The notes under the pieces are model-generated. The model had not been told where the DNA came from. It made no database searches and saw nothing but the letters and a program-made list of their open reading frames with translations. The position numbers were made by a program, and so were the translations under genes. A stretch of 64,000 bases of DNA. Origin: Bacteroidota bacterium. Lineage in GTDB: Bacteria > Bacteroidota > Bacteroidia > UBA7662 > CANHCV01. The stretch lies in the NCBI GenBank assembly GCA_947501265.1, contig CANMVY010000006.1, forward strand, positions 5 through 64,004. Direction: 5' to 3'. Below are positions 39,544 through 50,286 of this stretch, piece after piece (within the stretch, counting starts at the first letter, position 1; every line of letters begins with the position of its first letter).

Positions 39544-40425
39544 ATGCTGCCAGAAAGTATTTCGCATTTTTTAAACGACTATTTTTTACGATATCACGGA
39601 ATTTCCGGTCAAGTCCATCGGGTAAAGTCAGTAGGTGGTGGTTGCATCAGTTTTACCTATCAATTTGATTATTCCGACAAAAGTTACTTTATTAAATATT
39701 TAAGTAAAGAGAAATTTCCCAAAATGTATCAGGCCGAATCATTGGGTTTGAAGTTGTTAGACAAAGTGGGAGCTTTCGATATTCCGCAAGTGATTGTGGA
39801 AAGTGAAACCGAAGAGTTTCAGTTTTTGGTGATGGAATACATCGATCAATCGCCCAAAAAGAAAGGATATTGGGAAGAGCTCGCCAGGGGAATGTCTCAA
39901 ATTCATGCCGAAACTCAAGAGAAATTTGGATTGTCGACGGATAATTTTATTGGAACTTTGGTTCAAAAAAACGATTTTACCGATACTTGGACGGAGTTTT
40001 ATTTTGCCCAACGGCTGATGCCGCAGTTAGAGTTAGCGTTATTGAATCATAAGTTACCGAAAGAAATCATTCCAGCCTTTGAAAAATTGTTTTTAATCTT
40101 CGATGATTTGATTCCCAAAGAAGCGCCTTCCCTACTCCATGGCGACTTTTGGTACGAAAACGTGCTTCCCAATCAATTCGGTGCCCCAACATTGATTGAT
40201 CCTGCTGTTTATTTTGGTCATCGAGAAATGGATTTGGCCATGGCCGATTTGTTTGGAGGATTTCCGGTTGAGTTCTTTGAAGCATATCAACATCGATTTC
40301 CTCTGCAACCGGGCTTTGAAAACCGACGAAAATTGCATCAACTTTATCCTTTGCTGGTTCATGTTAATCTATTTGGAGATTCCTATGCACAACGTGTCAT
40401 AAATATCATGAACCAATTCTCTTAA
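39544..40425 (+). CDS. Fructosamine/ketosamine kinase family protein.
   Basis: LLHGDFW catalytic motif. Family-typical length. ATG at 39544 chosen, giving a divergent arrangement to lpdA. Confidence 0.65.
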   Translation: MLPESISHFLNDYFLRYHGISGQVHRVKSVGGGCISFTYQFDYSDKSYFIKYLSKEKFPKMYQAESLGLKLLDKVGAFDIPQVIVESETEEFQFLVMEYIDQSPKKKGYWEELARGMSQIHAETQEKFGLSTDNFIGTLVQKNDFTDTWTEFYFAQRLMPQLELALLNHKLPKEIIPAFEKLFLIFDDLIPKEAPSLLHGDFWYENVLPNQFGAPTLIDPAVYFGHREMDLAMADLFGGFPVEFFEAYQHRFPLQPGFENRRKLHQLYPLLVHVNLFGDSYAQRVINIMNQFS

Positions 40426-40450
40426 CCTTCGTTACTTTGTAGATATTTTT

Positions 40451-41800
40451 GTGATCATGAAAGAAAAAATTAGTTTGGTGGGCGGTGGTTTGGTGGGTTC
40501 CATGTTATCCATCCTCCTAGCCAAAAAAGGATATCCGGTTGAAGTTTTTGAATCACGTCCAGACATGAGGAAAAGCAATGCTTACGCTGGACGATCCATC
40601 AATTTGGCTATGAGTCACCGCGGATGGAAAGCCATTGAAATGGCCGGTATCAAGGACGAAATTGATAAAGTTGCCATTCCTATGTACGGAAGAATGATCC
40701 ATGATATGGAAGGCAACCAAACGTTCCAACCCTACTCCATTCATAACGACGCCATTTATTCGGTTTCCCGTTCTGGACTTAACCAAGCATTGATGCAAAT
40801 TGCTGAAGATTTGGGAGTTGATTTTCATTTTGAAAACAAGTGCGTTGGAGCAGATTTAGAATCCAATGAACTGACGTTTCAACTTTCGGATGGAACGCAG
40901 AAAAAGTTAAAAACCAGCATTTCGATTGGTACCGATGGCGCGGCTTCCGAATTGCGGTATGCCATGCAACGCAAAGGCCGCTTCAACTATAGTCAAGATT
41001 TCATCGAACACGGATACAAAGAAGTTAACATCCCAGCCAATCCAGATGGTTCTTTCAAATTGGAGAAAAATGCCCTCCACATTTGGCCCCGTAAAGATTT
41101 TATGCTCATCGCATTGGCAAATCCTGAAGGTAGCTTTACCTGCACCTTGTTTTTCGACATGGAAGGGCCATTGTCATTTCAATCGGTGAATACCCAAGAA
41201 AAAGCAGAAGCATTTTTCAAAACTTACTTCCCGAACATTCCCGAATTAGCTCCCGATTATTTAGATCAATACGAAAACAATCCAGTTGGAATTTTAGGCA
41301 TCATTCGTTGCGCGCCTTGGAATTACAAGAAAACCCTTCTTCTGGGCGACGCTTCCCATGCTATTGTTCCATTTTACGGTCAGGGAATGAACAGTGGATT
41401 TGAGGATTGTACCGATTTAATGGAAATGATGGATGAAATTGGTGAAGACTGGAACGTCCTAATTCCAGAAATTGCCAAAAAACGAAAACCCAATGCCGAT
41501 GCCATCGCTGATTTGGCCTTGTACAATTTCATTGAAATGAGGGATAAAACAGCCGATCCGCGTTTTATTCTTCAAAAGAAAATGGAAGGAGAAATCCAAA
41601 AAAGACATCCAGATAAGTGGATTCCGCTTTATTCCATGGTTTCCTTTTCCCATATTCCGTATGCTGAAGCTTGGAGAATTGGTCAAGCGCACAACCAATT
41701 TATGCAAGAATTCCTTGATCTACCCAATATTGAAAACCGCTGGAATGATCCCGATATCGTTTCACTTATCGATCATAAATTGGCGAATACCAATTTTTAA
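40451..41800 (+). CDS. kmo: Kynurenine 3-monooxygenase (FAD-dependent).
   Basis: ISLVGGGLVGSMLSILLAKKGYPVEVFESRPDMR dinucleotide-binding motif. GDASHAIVPFYGQGMN motif. Confidence 0.75.
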   Translation: MIMKEKISLVGGGLVGSMLSILLAKKGYPVEVFESRPDMRKSNAYAGRSINLAMSHRGWKAIEMAGIKDEIDKVAIPMYGRMIHDMEGNQTFQPYSIHNDAIYSVSRSGLNQALMQIAEDLGVDFHFENKCVGADLESNELTFQLSDGTQKKLKTSISIGTDGAASELRYAMQRKGRFNYSQDFIEHGYKEVNIPANPDGSFKLEKNALHIWPRKDFMLIALANPEGSFTCTLFFDMEGPLSFQSVNTQEKAEAFFKTYFPNIPELAPDYLDQYENNPVGILGIIRCAPWNYKKTLLLGDASHAIVPFYGQGMNSGFEDCTDLMEMMDEIGEDWNVLIPEIAKKRKPNADAIADLALYNFIEMRDKTADPRFILQKKMEGEIQKRHPDKWIPLYSMVSFSHIPYAEAWRIGQAHNQFMQEFLDLPNIENRWNDPDIVSLIDHKLANTNF

Positions 41801-41828
41801 TTTGTCAAAAAGACTTGATTTTGATAAA

Positions 41829-41856
41829 AAAGCCGACATTTTGTCGGCTTTTTGTT
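41829..41856 (+). terminator. Rho-independent terminator after kmo.
   Basis: AGCCGACA-TTT-TGTCGGCT followed by TTTTGTTTG. Confidence 0.75.
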
Positions 41857-41896
41857 TGCGGATACATATTTGAGGGTAAAAGAAAAACGAGAAAGT

Positions 41897-44491
41897 ATGA
41901 CTATGCAAAACTTCACCGAAAAGTCGCAAATGGCTGTTCAGCAATCCATTGGAATTGCTGAGAATTTAGGACATCAGTCATTGGAAAATGGGCATTTGCT
42001 CAAAGGGATAATGGAGGTCGATGAAACAGTTCTCCCCTATTTTCTACAGAAAGCTCAAGCAAGCAAAGAACGATTAACTCTTCCGCTTGATGCACAAATC
42101 AAAAGGTACCCCAAGGTTGAAGGAGGAGGTCAGGTTTTTGTGGGAAACTCGCTTTCGAAAACCTTTAAAAATGCCGAAGCCCACATGAAAAAAATGGGAG
42201 ATCAATTCGTTTCTCTCGAACATTTGTTGTTATCTCTTTCTGAAAATACCGACGAGATCGGTCATCTTTTAAAAGACATGGGCTTCAAATCAGCACAACT
42301 TCAAACGTGGATTGCAGAACTTCGAAAAGGTGCGAAAGTAACCGATGCGAATGCTGAAAATACTTACAACGCTTTAGGAAAGTATGCCATCAATTTGAAT
42401 GAAATGGCCACACGCGGAAAACTAGATCCCGTAATTGGTCGTGATGAGGAAATTCGAAGAGTGATTCAAATTCTAGCTCGAAGAACCAAAAATAATCCTG
42501 TATTGATTGGTGAACCCGGCGTTGGAAAAACAGCCATTGCAGAAGGCATTGCCTTTCGAATGATTCAAGGAGATGTTCCCGAAACGTTGAAAACCAAAAC
42601 CGTATTTTCTTTAGATTTAGGCGCTTTGGTGGCCGGGGCAAAATACAAAGGCGAATTCGAAGAACGCTTGAAAGCAGTCGTTAATGAAGTTAAATCGTCT
42701 GAAGGTGAAATCATTTTATTCATCGATGAAATTCACCAATTGGTGGGTGCCGGAAAAGGCGAAGGAGCCATGGATGCTGCCAATATATTAAAACCAGCAC
42801 TTGCTAGAGGTGAACTTCGGTCCATCGGTGCAACCACCTTGGCCGAGTATCAAAAATACATGGAGAGCGATAAAGCGTTGGAACGACGATTCCAGAAAGT
42901 TATGGTGGATGAACCCGATTCAAAAGATTCCATCGCTATCCTTCGCGGCTTGAAAGAACGTTACGAAACGCACCATAAGGTTCGAATCAAGGACGAAGCA
43001 ATTGTAGCTGCGGTAGAATTAAGCCAACGTTACATCAACGATCGATTTCTTCCCGATAAAGCCATTGATTTGATGGACGAAGCCGCTTCCCGCTTGCGAA
43101 TTGAAATCGACTCCGTTCCGGAAGTGGTGGATGAATTGGAAAGAAAAGTTATGCAATTGGAAATCGAAAGAGAAGCCATGAAGCGTGAAAATGATTTGGA
43201 TCGAATTAAGGTTTTGGACAAAGAAATTGCGGATTTGAAGGAAGAATCGAACGCATTAAAGGCGAAATGGAAAACCGAAAAAGAATCCGTTGAAAAAATC
43301 CAATCGATCAAAGAACAAATCGAAACTTTTAAGGCAGAAGCAGATCAGGCAGAAAGAAAAGCAGAATACGGAAAAGTTGCTGAGTTGAGGTACGGAAAAA
43401 TTAAGGAAGCTGAAGAAATGTTGCTTGCAGCACAAGCTCAACTTTCGGATGCGCAACTTCATGGAAGCAGAATGTTGAATGAAGAAGTTGGGGCCGAGGA
43501 AATTGCCGAAGTTGTAGCTCGTTGGACGGGAATTCCAGTCAACAGAATGTTGGAAAGCGAACGAACAAAATTGCTTCACCTCGAAGATGAATTGAAGAAA
43601 AGAGTCGTTGGTCAATCGGAAGCCATTGAAGTGGTGGCCGATGCAGTTCGTAGGAATCGAGCCGGTTTGCAAGATCCCAAACGACCCATTGGTTCATTCT
43701 TGTTTTTAGGGAGTACTGGTGTGGGAAAAACCGAATTAGCCAAGGCCCTCGCTTCGTTTTTATTCAACGACGAAAATGCCATGGTAAGGATCGACATGAG
43801 CGAATACCAAGAGAAACACAGTGTTTCAAGATTGGTTGGAGCGCCTCCCGGATACGTTGGTTACGATGAAGGTGGTCAGTTAACCGAGGCGGTTCGACGG
43901 AAGCCCTACTCTGTTATTCTTTTGGATGAAATTGAAAAAGCTCACCCCGATACTTTCAATATCCTATTGCAAGTATTGGACGATGGCCGTTTAACGGATA
44001 ATAAAGGAAGGGTAGCAAATTTTAAAAACACCATCGTAATCATGACGTCCAATTTGGGTTCACAAAGAATTCAAGAAAAACTTTTCGGATTAGAAGGTTT
44101 GGCCTTAGAAGAATCCAAAGAAGATCTGAAAGGTGAAATGCTGGAAATATTAAAAGGACATCTTCGTCCAGAATTCATCAATCGAATCGACGAAGTTGTG
44201 GTATTTTCTCCACTTGGAAAATCTGAAATTTTAGGAATTGTAGGCATTCAAATGAATCAACTGGTTCAGCAATTGGAAAGCATGGGCATAACCTTAGGGT
44301 ACACCGAGGAAGCCTTGGCGAAGATTGCAGCATTAGGATTTGATGTTCAATATGGCGCAAGACCCTTAAAAAGAGCCATTCAAAGAAATATATTGAATCC
44401 GTTAAGTAAAGCTATTTTGGCTGGAGAAATTTCATCGGAGCATCCCATTTTATTGGACGTTTCAAAGGATGGAAATTTGACATTTGAATAA
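41897..44491 (+). CDS. clpB: ATP-dependent chaperone ClpB.
   Basis: Two AAA+ modules (GEPGVGKT and GSTGVGKT) with a coiled-coil middle domain. Confidence 0.95.
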   Translation: MTMQNFTEKSQMAVQQSIGIAENLGHQSLENGHLLKGIMEVDETVLPYFLQKAQASKERLTLPLDAQIKRYPKVEGGGQVFVGNSLSKTFKNAEAHMKKMGDQFVSLEHLLLSLSENTDEIGHLLKDMGFKSAQLQTWIAELRKGAKVTDANAENTYNALGKYAINLNEMATRGKLDPVIGRDEEIRRVIQILARRTKNNPVLIGEPGVGKTAIAEGIAFRMIQGDVPETLKTKTVFSLDLGALVAGAKYKGEFEERLKAVVNEVKSSEGEIILFIDEIHQLVGAGKGEGAMDAANILKPALARGELRSIGATTLAEYQKYMESDKALERRFQKVMVDEPDSKDSIAILRGLKERYETHHKVRIKDEAIVAAVELSQRYINDRFLPDKAIDLMDEAASRLRIEIDSVPEVVDELERKVMQLEIEREAMKRENDLDRIKVLDKEIADLKEESNALKAKWKTEKESVEKIQSIKEQIETFKAEADQAERKAEYGKVAELRYGKIKEAEEMLLAAQAQLSDAQLHGSRMLNEEVGAEEIAEVVARWTGIPVNRMLESERTKLLHLEDELKKRVVGQSEAIEVVADAVRRNRAGLQDPKRPIGSFLFLGSTGVGKTELAKALASFLFNDENAMVRIDMSEYQEKHSVSRLVGAPPGYVGYDEGGQLTEAVRRKPYSVILLDEIEKAHPDTFNILLQVLDDGRLTDNKGRVANFKNTIVIMTSNLGSQRIQEKLFGLEGLALEESKEDLKGEMLEILKGHLRPEFINRIDEVVVFSPLGKSEILGIVGIQMNQLVQQLESMGITLGYTEEALAKIAALGFDVQYGARPLKRAIQRNILNPLSKAILAGEISSEHPILLDVSKDGNLTFE

Positions 44492-44521
44492 TTCAACGCT
44501 CAAATGTTCGTTCTTTGACTT

Positions 44522-45043
44522 ATGACTCGATTGTTTTTAATAGGCACATTTTTTTTGATGTTCACATCGGTATTTTCTCAGTCGTTGAACGGAAAAAATG
44601 CGGAGTTACTTCAGAAAATCAATGATTACAGAAAGGCAAATGGACTCTCGGCCATCAACTTGAATGAAAAACTTCAAGCGGTGGCCGAGGCTCACGCTTT
44701 GGATCTTGAAAAATACTACGATCCCCAACAAAGAAAATGCAATATGCATTCCTGGTCATCCCATGGAAAGTGGACTTCTTGTTGCTATACCGATGATCAT
44801 GCTCAGAAAGAATGCATGTGGCGAAAACCTAAGGAGATTTCCAATTATCCGGGTCAAGGTTTTGAAATAGCCTATTACTCCTCACAAATGCTTACTCCAG
44901 AAGTAGCATTGAACGGTTGGAAAAAAAGCACTTCTCACCACGAAGTAATTTTAAATCGTGGGATTTGGAAATCCATTACATTCAATTCCATAGGAGTATA
45001 TGTAAGTGAACATTATGCCGTGGTTTGGTTTGGAGTTGAATAA
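44522..45043 (+). CDS. Secreted CAP-domain (SCP/PR-1, YkwD-like) protein.
   Basis: Signal peptide. NDYRKANGL and HHEVILN...YAVVWFG motifs. Confidence 0.6.
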   Translation: MTRLFLIGTFFLMFTSVFSQSLNGKNAELLQKINDYRKANGLSAINLNEKLQAVAEAHALDLEKYYDPQQRKCNMHSWSSHGKWTSCCYTDDHAQKECMWRKPKEISNYPGQGFEIAYYSSQMLTPEVALNGWKKSTSHHEVILNRGIWKSITFNSIGVYVSEHYAVVWFGVE

Positions 45044-45149
45044 AGAATTCCAATTATTGTAAAAATTCTCACTTTGGTTTTTTTTTAATAGAAAAGGTCC
45101 AAAATAGTTTATTACCAATCTTTCTGCGTAATTTAGACAAAAATGAGGG

Positions 45150-45857
45150 GTGGTTATGCAGAGAATAAAATTAGATTGTGCGGTATGTGATTCACATAAC
45201 ATTGGCTTTTTAAAGCATTGCAATCAAGAACAATTAAATAAGATTTCCAGTGGAAAAACATGTTGTCACTATAAAAAAGGTCAACATATTTTTTATGAAG
45301 GAAATATGCCCATGGGTATTCATTGCCTTAGCAGCGGAGTTGTAAAATTGGTGCGAACGAATTTAGATGGGAAAGAACAAATTTTACGCTTTGCCCAAAA
45401 AGGTGATTACCTTGGTTACCGAGCATTGGTAGCCCAAGAACCTTTATTTGCATCTGCGATAGCTGTAGAAGATACCGTAGCCTGTTTTGTCCCCCAACGC
45501 CCATTCATGGATTTAATTGATGAAGTGCCGGCCATAAGTAAGGAATTATTGGTTTCGCTTTGCCATGATTTGGGTGTAGTAGAAGAACGAGTTCAAAGCA
45601 TGGCACAAAAATCGGTTCGAGAACGATTAGCAGAAACTCTTTTGTTTCTTCATGAAACTTTTAATTCTGGAGATGATTCTGTCATTTCTATTTCACTTCC
45701 AAGAGAAGATATTGCCAACATCGTTGGCACTGCTACGGAAACCGTAATTCGATTATTATCCGAATTCAAGAGCGATAAATTGATTGAAATGGAAGGCAAG
45801 AAAATTCGACTCCTTGAAAAACAAAAACTCGATCGAATTAGCCATACTTCAGTTTAA
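45150..45857 (+). CDS. Crp/Fnr-family transcriptional regulator with an N-terminal Cys cluster.
   Basis: cNMP-binding beta-barrel. C-terminal HTH (IANIVGTATETVIRLLSEFK). Four cysteines in CAVCDSHNIGFLKHC...CC. Confidence 0.75.
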   Translation: MVMQRIKLDCAVCDSHNIGFLKHCNQEQLNKISSGKTCCHYKKGQHIFYEGNMPMGIHCLSSGVVKLVRTNLDGKEQILRFAQKGDYLGYRALVAQEPLFASAIAVEDTVACFVPQRPFMDLIDEVPAISKELLVSLCHDLGVVEERVQSMAQKSVRERLAETLLFLHETFNSGDDSVISISLPREDIANIVGTATETVIRLLSEFKSDKLIEMEGKKIRLLEKQKLDRISHTSV

Positions 45858-45884
45858 ACCTAATTTTAATCATAAAAATATGTG

Positions 45885-45911
45885 AGGATTGTCATCGACA
45901 ATCCTTTTTTT
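45885..45911 (+). terminator. Rho-independent terminator after the crp-like gene.
   Basis: AGGATTGTC-ATC-GACAATCCT followed by TTTTTTT. It lies inside the track's TTG-started N-terminal extension of the next ORF, which argues for the downstream ATG start. Confidence 0.75.
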
Positions 45912-45942
45912 ATCGCTGAATTTTGCAAGACAAAAATTGCAT

Positions 45943-46770
45943 ATGGCCATCCACTCCAACGTTATTCTGGATGAAACTCATCAATCCGCCGAGCTCATTT
46001 CATGGGTTCATTTATTCTGGCCTCAAATTCAAGGAAGCCAAATTTCCCTTCAATTCGTGGATGGCCTATTGCAACATTCTGTTTCAGAAATATTCGATTC
46101 AGAGTTATTGCAAAATCACGCGTATTCTTATTTTGAATTGTTTTCAAAAATTATTCGGAAACGAAAGCTAAACCATGAGCTAATTTTTAATCAAGCGATT
46201 CATTTACTGAATGAGAATGGCTACAAAACTGAAGTATATGCCGAGCCAGAAGCCATTCAAAATTGGATTGAGAATAGCAAATTTCACGATTTGACAATCA
46301 TTGATCGAACCTTATTGAATCAAAGAAGAACGATTAGAAAAGAAATCATTTTGGACTATTTGCTTTATTCACATCCTCCAATTTTGTTTCTTTCTTCGCA
46401 ACCGCACTTTTTTTCTAGAATTATTCTCACCTTCGATGGAAGTCTGCATTCTACACAAACCATAAAAAAGTTTTTCCAAATTTTTTCATTCCTTCTTCCC
46501 AATACTCCTTTGGTTTTGATTACCATTATTCATAACAAATCGCTTCCTCAGGAAAAACCGATTATCGAATACATTAAAACCTATCAACCCAATTTCTCAC
46601 TGATTCGAACTTATTATTCAGAGAATTGGGCTGAAATTATTGATTTGGTATTTGATGGAACAAATTCGCTTTGGGTTAGTGGATTCACCCGTGGGGCGAT
46701 GACAGAATTTTTCAGAAATCAACCAGAAAAAGTTAACAAAAATGGTCAAACTGCCATCTTTTTCGATTAA
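45943..46770 (+). CDS. Hypothetical protein, possibly tandem universal-stress-protein-like domains.
   Basis: Two halves each end in a hydrophobic-SG..RG-like segment (LWVSGFTRGAMTEFF). Weak similarity only. Confidence 0.3.
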   Translation: MAIHSNVILDETHQSAELISWVHLFWPQIQGSQISLQFVDGLLQHSVSEIFDSELLQNHAYSYFELFSKIIRKRKLNHELIFNQAIHLLNENGYKTEVYAEPEAIQNWIENSKFHDLTIIDRTLLNQRRTIRKEIILDYLLYSHPPILFLSSQPHFFSRIILTFDGSLHSTQTIKKFFQIFSFLLPNTPLVLITIIHNKSLPQEKPIIEYIKTYQPNFSLIRTYYSENWAEIIDLVFDGTNSLWVSGFTRGAMTEFFRNQPEKVNKNGQTAIFFD

Positions 46771-46815
46771 CCATGAGGAACAAACTTCTAAATTGAAATG
46801 AGTAAAAAGAAGGGT

Positions 46816-47724
46816 TCAATCGGCTATTTTAGTATGTTTTTTTGAGTTTCCGTAAATAACAACGTTGAGTTCAAAACCTACTAAAATCACAAAGCTATTG
46901 ATGTACAACCAAAGCATGATGATTAACAGTGTTCCTAGCGACCCATAAAGTTTGTTGTACGTGCTGAAATGGCTCACATAATAACTAAATCCAGAACTGG
47001 TAATCCAAAAAAGCAGGGTTGACATCCATGAACCTGGGCTAAAAAGATTCCATTTAGTAATCGTGCTTGGCCCAAATCGATAAATGATTCCCAATAACAA
47101 AAGGATCATTCCAAGAATTATTCCTTTTTCCAAAACCCAGAATACATATTTGGTGACCTCAAAAGTTTTGGGAAATTTTAGATGAATCCAATCGGTAGCA
47201 AGGTCTTCCAAAACCAAAGAAGATAAACCTAATATTACAGTTAAGGTGAGCAGCAGGAGTAGACCTGCAGCAACGATTCTTTTTCGAATCATTCCTCTAT
47301 TTTCAAATTGCCGATCCAGCTTGTTGAAGGAATTCATCATCGCGAAAATACCATTGGTGCTGAAGAAGAATGCCAATAACAATCCAAAACCTGCCAACGC
47401 TCCTTGCTGATTTCTTAAAATATCTTCAATGGTGTCTTTTACAGTTAAATAAGCAGATTCTGGAAGGGCGAATCGAAGTAACTCCATGAACCGAATTTCA
47501 AATCCAGAATACGGTACAAACGCCAACATGGTAAAGAAAAAAATCGTTGCTGGAAATAGTGCCATGAAGAAGTTAAATGCGATTGCACTGGCCTTCATGC
47601 TCATTTCATTCGAGTTGATTTGCTTCCAAAGAATCCTAGTAACTAATCCTAAAGGAACGTGTTTAAAGAAAGGAATCTGGATGGAACCTAACCAAGCAAA
47701 AAATTTTTTCGAGGCTGAAATCAT
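46816..47724 (-). CDS. YihY/BrkB-family membrane protein.
   Basis: AIAFNFFMALFPATIFF motif and 6-TM pattern. Confidence 0.75.
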   Translation of the reverse strand: MISASKKFFAWLGSIQIPFFKHVPLGLVTRILWKQINSNEMSMKASAIAFNFFMALFPATIFFFTMLAFVPYSGFEIRFMELLRFALPESAYLTVKDTIEDILRNQQGALAGFGLLLAFFFSTNGIFAMMNSFNKLDRQFENRGMIRKRIVAAGLLLLLTLTVILGLSSLVLEDLATDWIHLKFPKTFEVTKYVFWVLEKGIILGMILLLLGIIYRFGPSTITKWNLFSPGSWMSTLLFWITSSGFSYYVSHFSTYNKLYGSLGTLLIIMLWLYINSFVILVGFELNVVIYGNSKKHTKIAD

Positions 47725-47726
47725 TC

Positions 47727-48131
47727 TTATTCGAAATAAGGAATCAATGCATGTAAAAGGAATTCAGGAGCAACGATGGACTTCCTGGTTTCTTTACTAA
47801 CACAAACCAAAATCACCTTGGCCGTTGAAACCAAAACATCTTCCTTAAATAATTGATAATCAAAACAGAATGATCGTCGAGGTAAAGTATCAATCGAAAC
47901 CTGAATTCGCACCAAGTCATCGTAAAAAATGGGCTGAAGGTACTTGATGTTCATCTCCAAAACGGGCAGAAAAATACCCATCTTTTCAATCTCTCGGTAT
48001 TGAATTCCGATAGAACGCAAGCAATCTACCCGAGCCACTTCCAAATAACGAGCATAAGCACCGTGGTACATCACTCCCATTTGGTCGGTATCGGCGTAAG
48101 CCACACGAAAGAGGGTATCAAAGCGCAGCAT
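47727..48131 (-). CDS. Acyl-CoA thioesterase, YbgC/4HBT family.
   Basis: YADTDQMGVMYHGAYARYLEVAR hotdog-fold motif. Confidence 0.75.
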   Translation of the reverse strand: MLRFDTLFRVAYADTDQMGVMYHGAYARYLEVARVDCLRSIGIQYREIEKMGIFLPVLEMNIKYLQPIFYDDLVRIQVSIDTLPRRSFCFDYQLFKEDVLVSTAKVILVCVSKETRKSIVAPEFLLHALIPYFE

Positions 48132-49165
48132 TAACGGTAAATTTTACGACTCGAAAGCGCTTTTCTGTATTTCTGCGCATTTTGGTTGTGCTGAGATTCG
48201 TTTTCGGCAAAATTGTGATAACCCGAAAAATCTTCTTTGGCACACATGTAAATGAAGGAATGCTTTTGTAGATTCAAAACGGCGTCCAAATCTTCAATGC
48301 TGGGCGTATTGATGGGCCCTGGAGGTAATCCTTTAAATCGATACGTATTGTAGGGGGAATTTACTTGAAGATCCTTTTCCCAAATTCTTCTCAATTCAAA
48401 ATTTCCTAAAGCAAATTTTACCGTAGGATCGGCCTGCAGTAACATACCCTTATTGACTCTATTCCAATACAAACCTGCAACCTTGGGCTTTTCATCGGTT
48501 TTAATGGTTTCCTCATTCACGATCGATGCCAAAACGCTCACCTGCTCAATGGTTAATCCTAAAGACTTTGCTTTCTCCATTCGTTCAGTCGTCCAAAATC
48601 GATCGTATTCCTTCTTCATTCTTTTAATGAAACCATCAGTATTGGTCGTCCAATACAACTCGTAGGTATTCGGAATGAAATACGTGAGTAAATGAGTTGG
48701 ATTCATCGAGTAATTGGACCAAATGGATGTATCTGCTAGCCACTTACGAAGTTCGGTAGAATCTACCAAAGTAATCTTTCCTACTGCTCCGGCCATATCG
48801 GAAAGATTGCGGTATTTTACGAAAGAAAATCGTACCGCGTCTTGTTCCGCTGATTTTAACTTTCGCATGATTTTAGACAAGCTGTATTTTCCACGAAAAA
48901 CATACCTTCCAGGTTTTACGTGATCGGTGTAATTCATTTGCTCGGCTAATAGAGTAAGATGCCATTCCTCCAAATCGGGGAAAATTTTGAGTAATCCCAC
49001 TTTTACTTTTCCATAATTCTCCTCTGGATAAATGTAAAGAATATTGTTTTTTCCTTCCGTAGAGGCAGGTTGGTGTTGATGTAGGAAAACAAAATATCCC
49101 AAGTAACCGCCAACAGCGAGCCCTAATGCAATCACAACTAGGAACAATCGAAAGATTCGCTTCAT
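48131..49165 (-). CDS. mltG: Endolytic murein transglycosylase.
   Basis: N-terminal TM. YceG-like domain with GLPPGPI motif. Confidence 0.8.
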   Translation of the reverse strand: MKRIFRLFLVVIALGLAVGGYLGYFVFLHQHQPASTEGKNNILYIYPEENYGKVKVGLLKIFPDLEEWHLTLLAEQMNYTDHVKPGRYVFRGKYSLSKIMRKLKSAEQDAVRFSFVKYRNLSDMAGAVGKITLVDSTELRKWLADTSIWSNYSMNPTHLLTYFIPNTYELYWTTNTDGFIKRMKKEYDRFWTTERMEKAKSLGLTIEQVSVLASIVNEETIKTDEKPKVAGLYWNRVNKGMLLQADPTVKFALGNFELRRIWEKDLQVNSPYNTYRFKGLPPGPINTPSIEDLDAVLNLQKHSFIYMCAKEDFSGYHNFAENESQHNQNAQKYRKALSSRKIYR

Positions 49166-50286
49166 TTTTTTCTGGTTAATGAATCCAACAGGGTCATTAC
49201 CTCATTGAAATCAATGGTTTTACAATGAACTACCGCGTTAGAATCAATCAAAACATACGTTGGTAACGAACGAATTCCATATGTTTTCACCGCCATTGAA
49301 TTCCATCGTTGCAAATCGGAAACCTGGGTCCAGTTCGATTTTTTATTTGCGATATCTTTGGTCCAATTTTCCTTTGAATCATCTAGGCTTACTCCAAGAA
49401 ACTCAATTGACTTGCTTCTGTATTTTTCCTCCATTTTTTTTACTCTTGGAAAATCTTTGTTGCAAGGTTCACACCAAGACGCCCAAAAATCGATAACCTT
49501 GTAAGATCCATTTACTTTCTCAATTGATACCAATGAATCGTACTGATTTTTTAAACTTAAGCTAGGTAAAGGTTTGCCAACGGTAATTTTATCATCGTTT
49601 TTCAGTCCTTCGACTTCTGTTTTCAAAGGTTTAATAAATTGATTCATCATGGAGATGTACCTGTGTTTGGGATGCTGTTCCGAAAAACCACGAATAAATT
49701 TATCAAGAGCCCCTAAATCTTCATTTCCTGCCAATGAGAAATCGAAAATTTGAGTGAAAGCGTAAAAGCCAACCAAGTCATGGGGATGGGTTACCAAAAA
49801 ACTGAATAAATAATCCTTCATGTTTTTCTTTTCCCGTAGTGCTAAATCAACTGTATTTGAATCGGTTCTCTTGGAGTACAACAGATTTTTGGAGTACCAA
49901 TATCCAGTACTATCTGAAATTCGTTGGATGGATTTAGAATTAATGCCAGTAACAAATTCTGATTCAAAAGGGAAGGTTGAATACTTTAACTTAAGTTGAA
50001 TCGCTTCTTCATCGGGTACCAAGGTTAGACCCAGATCTTTCCCAGAAAGAGTTAAGCGATAAAAATCATACGAAGTAAATGCCCCTTGATCCAGTAAAAA
50101 TTTGCCCATAGAGTCAACCACCGCAGAATCAATGATGATGAATTGATTGCCTTTCGATAACTCAAGCAGGTAAACGCTTTTTCCAACTCCTCCTACAAGC
50201 GTTCCTTCAATTCGGTAACGCTCCTCAGTCATTGAAGAACAACTTCCTAAAACGAGGAGGATCCAGAAAGCAAACGTTAACTTCAT
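49162..50286 (-). CDS. TlpA-like thiol-disulfide oxidoreductase lipoprotein (DUF4369 N-domain plus thioredoxin fold).
   Basis: Lipobox LGSC. FWASWCEPC redox motif (CxxC). Confidence 0.7.
   Translation of the reverse strand: MKLTFAFWILLVLGSCSSMTEERYRIEGTLVGGVGKSVYLLELSKGNQFIIIDSAVVDSMGKFLLDQGAFTSYDFYRLTLSGKDLGLTLVPDEEAIQLKLKYSTFPFESEFVTGINSKSIQRISDSTGYWYSKNLLYSKRTDSNTVDLALREKKNMKDYLFSFLVTHPHDLVGFYAFTQIFDFSLAGNEDLGALDKFIRGFSEQHPKHRYISMMNQFIKPLKTEVEGLKNDDKITVGKPLPSLSLKNQYDSLVSIEKVNGSYKVIDFWASWCEPCNKDFPRVKKMEEKYRSKSIEFLGVSLDDSKENWTKDIANKKSNWTQVSDLQRWNSMAVKTYGIRSLPTYVLIDSNAVVHCKTIDFNEVMTLLDSLTRKK

Noticed and set aside
41801-41896. Heat-shock promoter for clpB.
   Set aside because: No clear TAnnTTTG element or known CIRCE/HAIR-type operator could be identified by eye in the 96-bp spacer. 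Only the kmo terminator is evident.
45044-45149. Possible terminator after the CAP-domain gene (a T9 run at about 45075).
   Set aside because: Only a 4-5 bp stem can be drawn upstream of the T-run. This is too weak to annotate.
45889-45942. Track-proposed TTG start extending the 45889..46770 ORF by 18 codons.
   Set aside because: The extension runs through the stem and T-tract of the crp terminator hairpin (45885..45911). The ATG at 45943 is the credible start.
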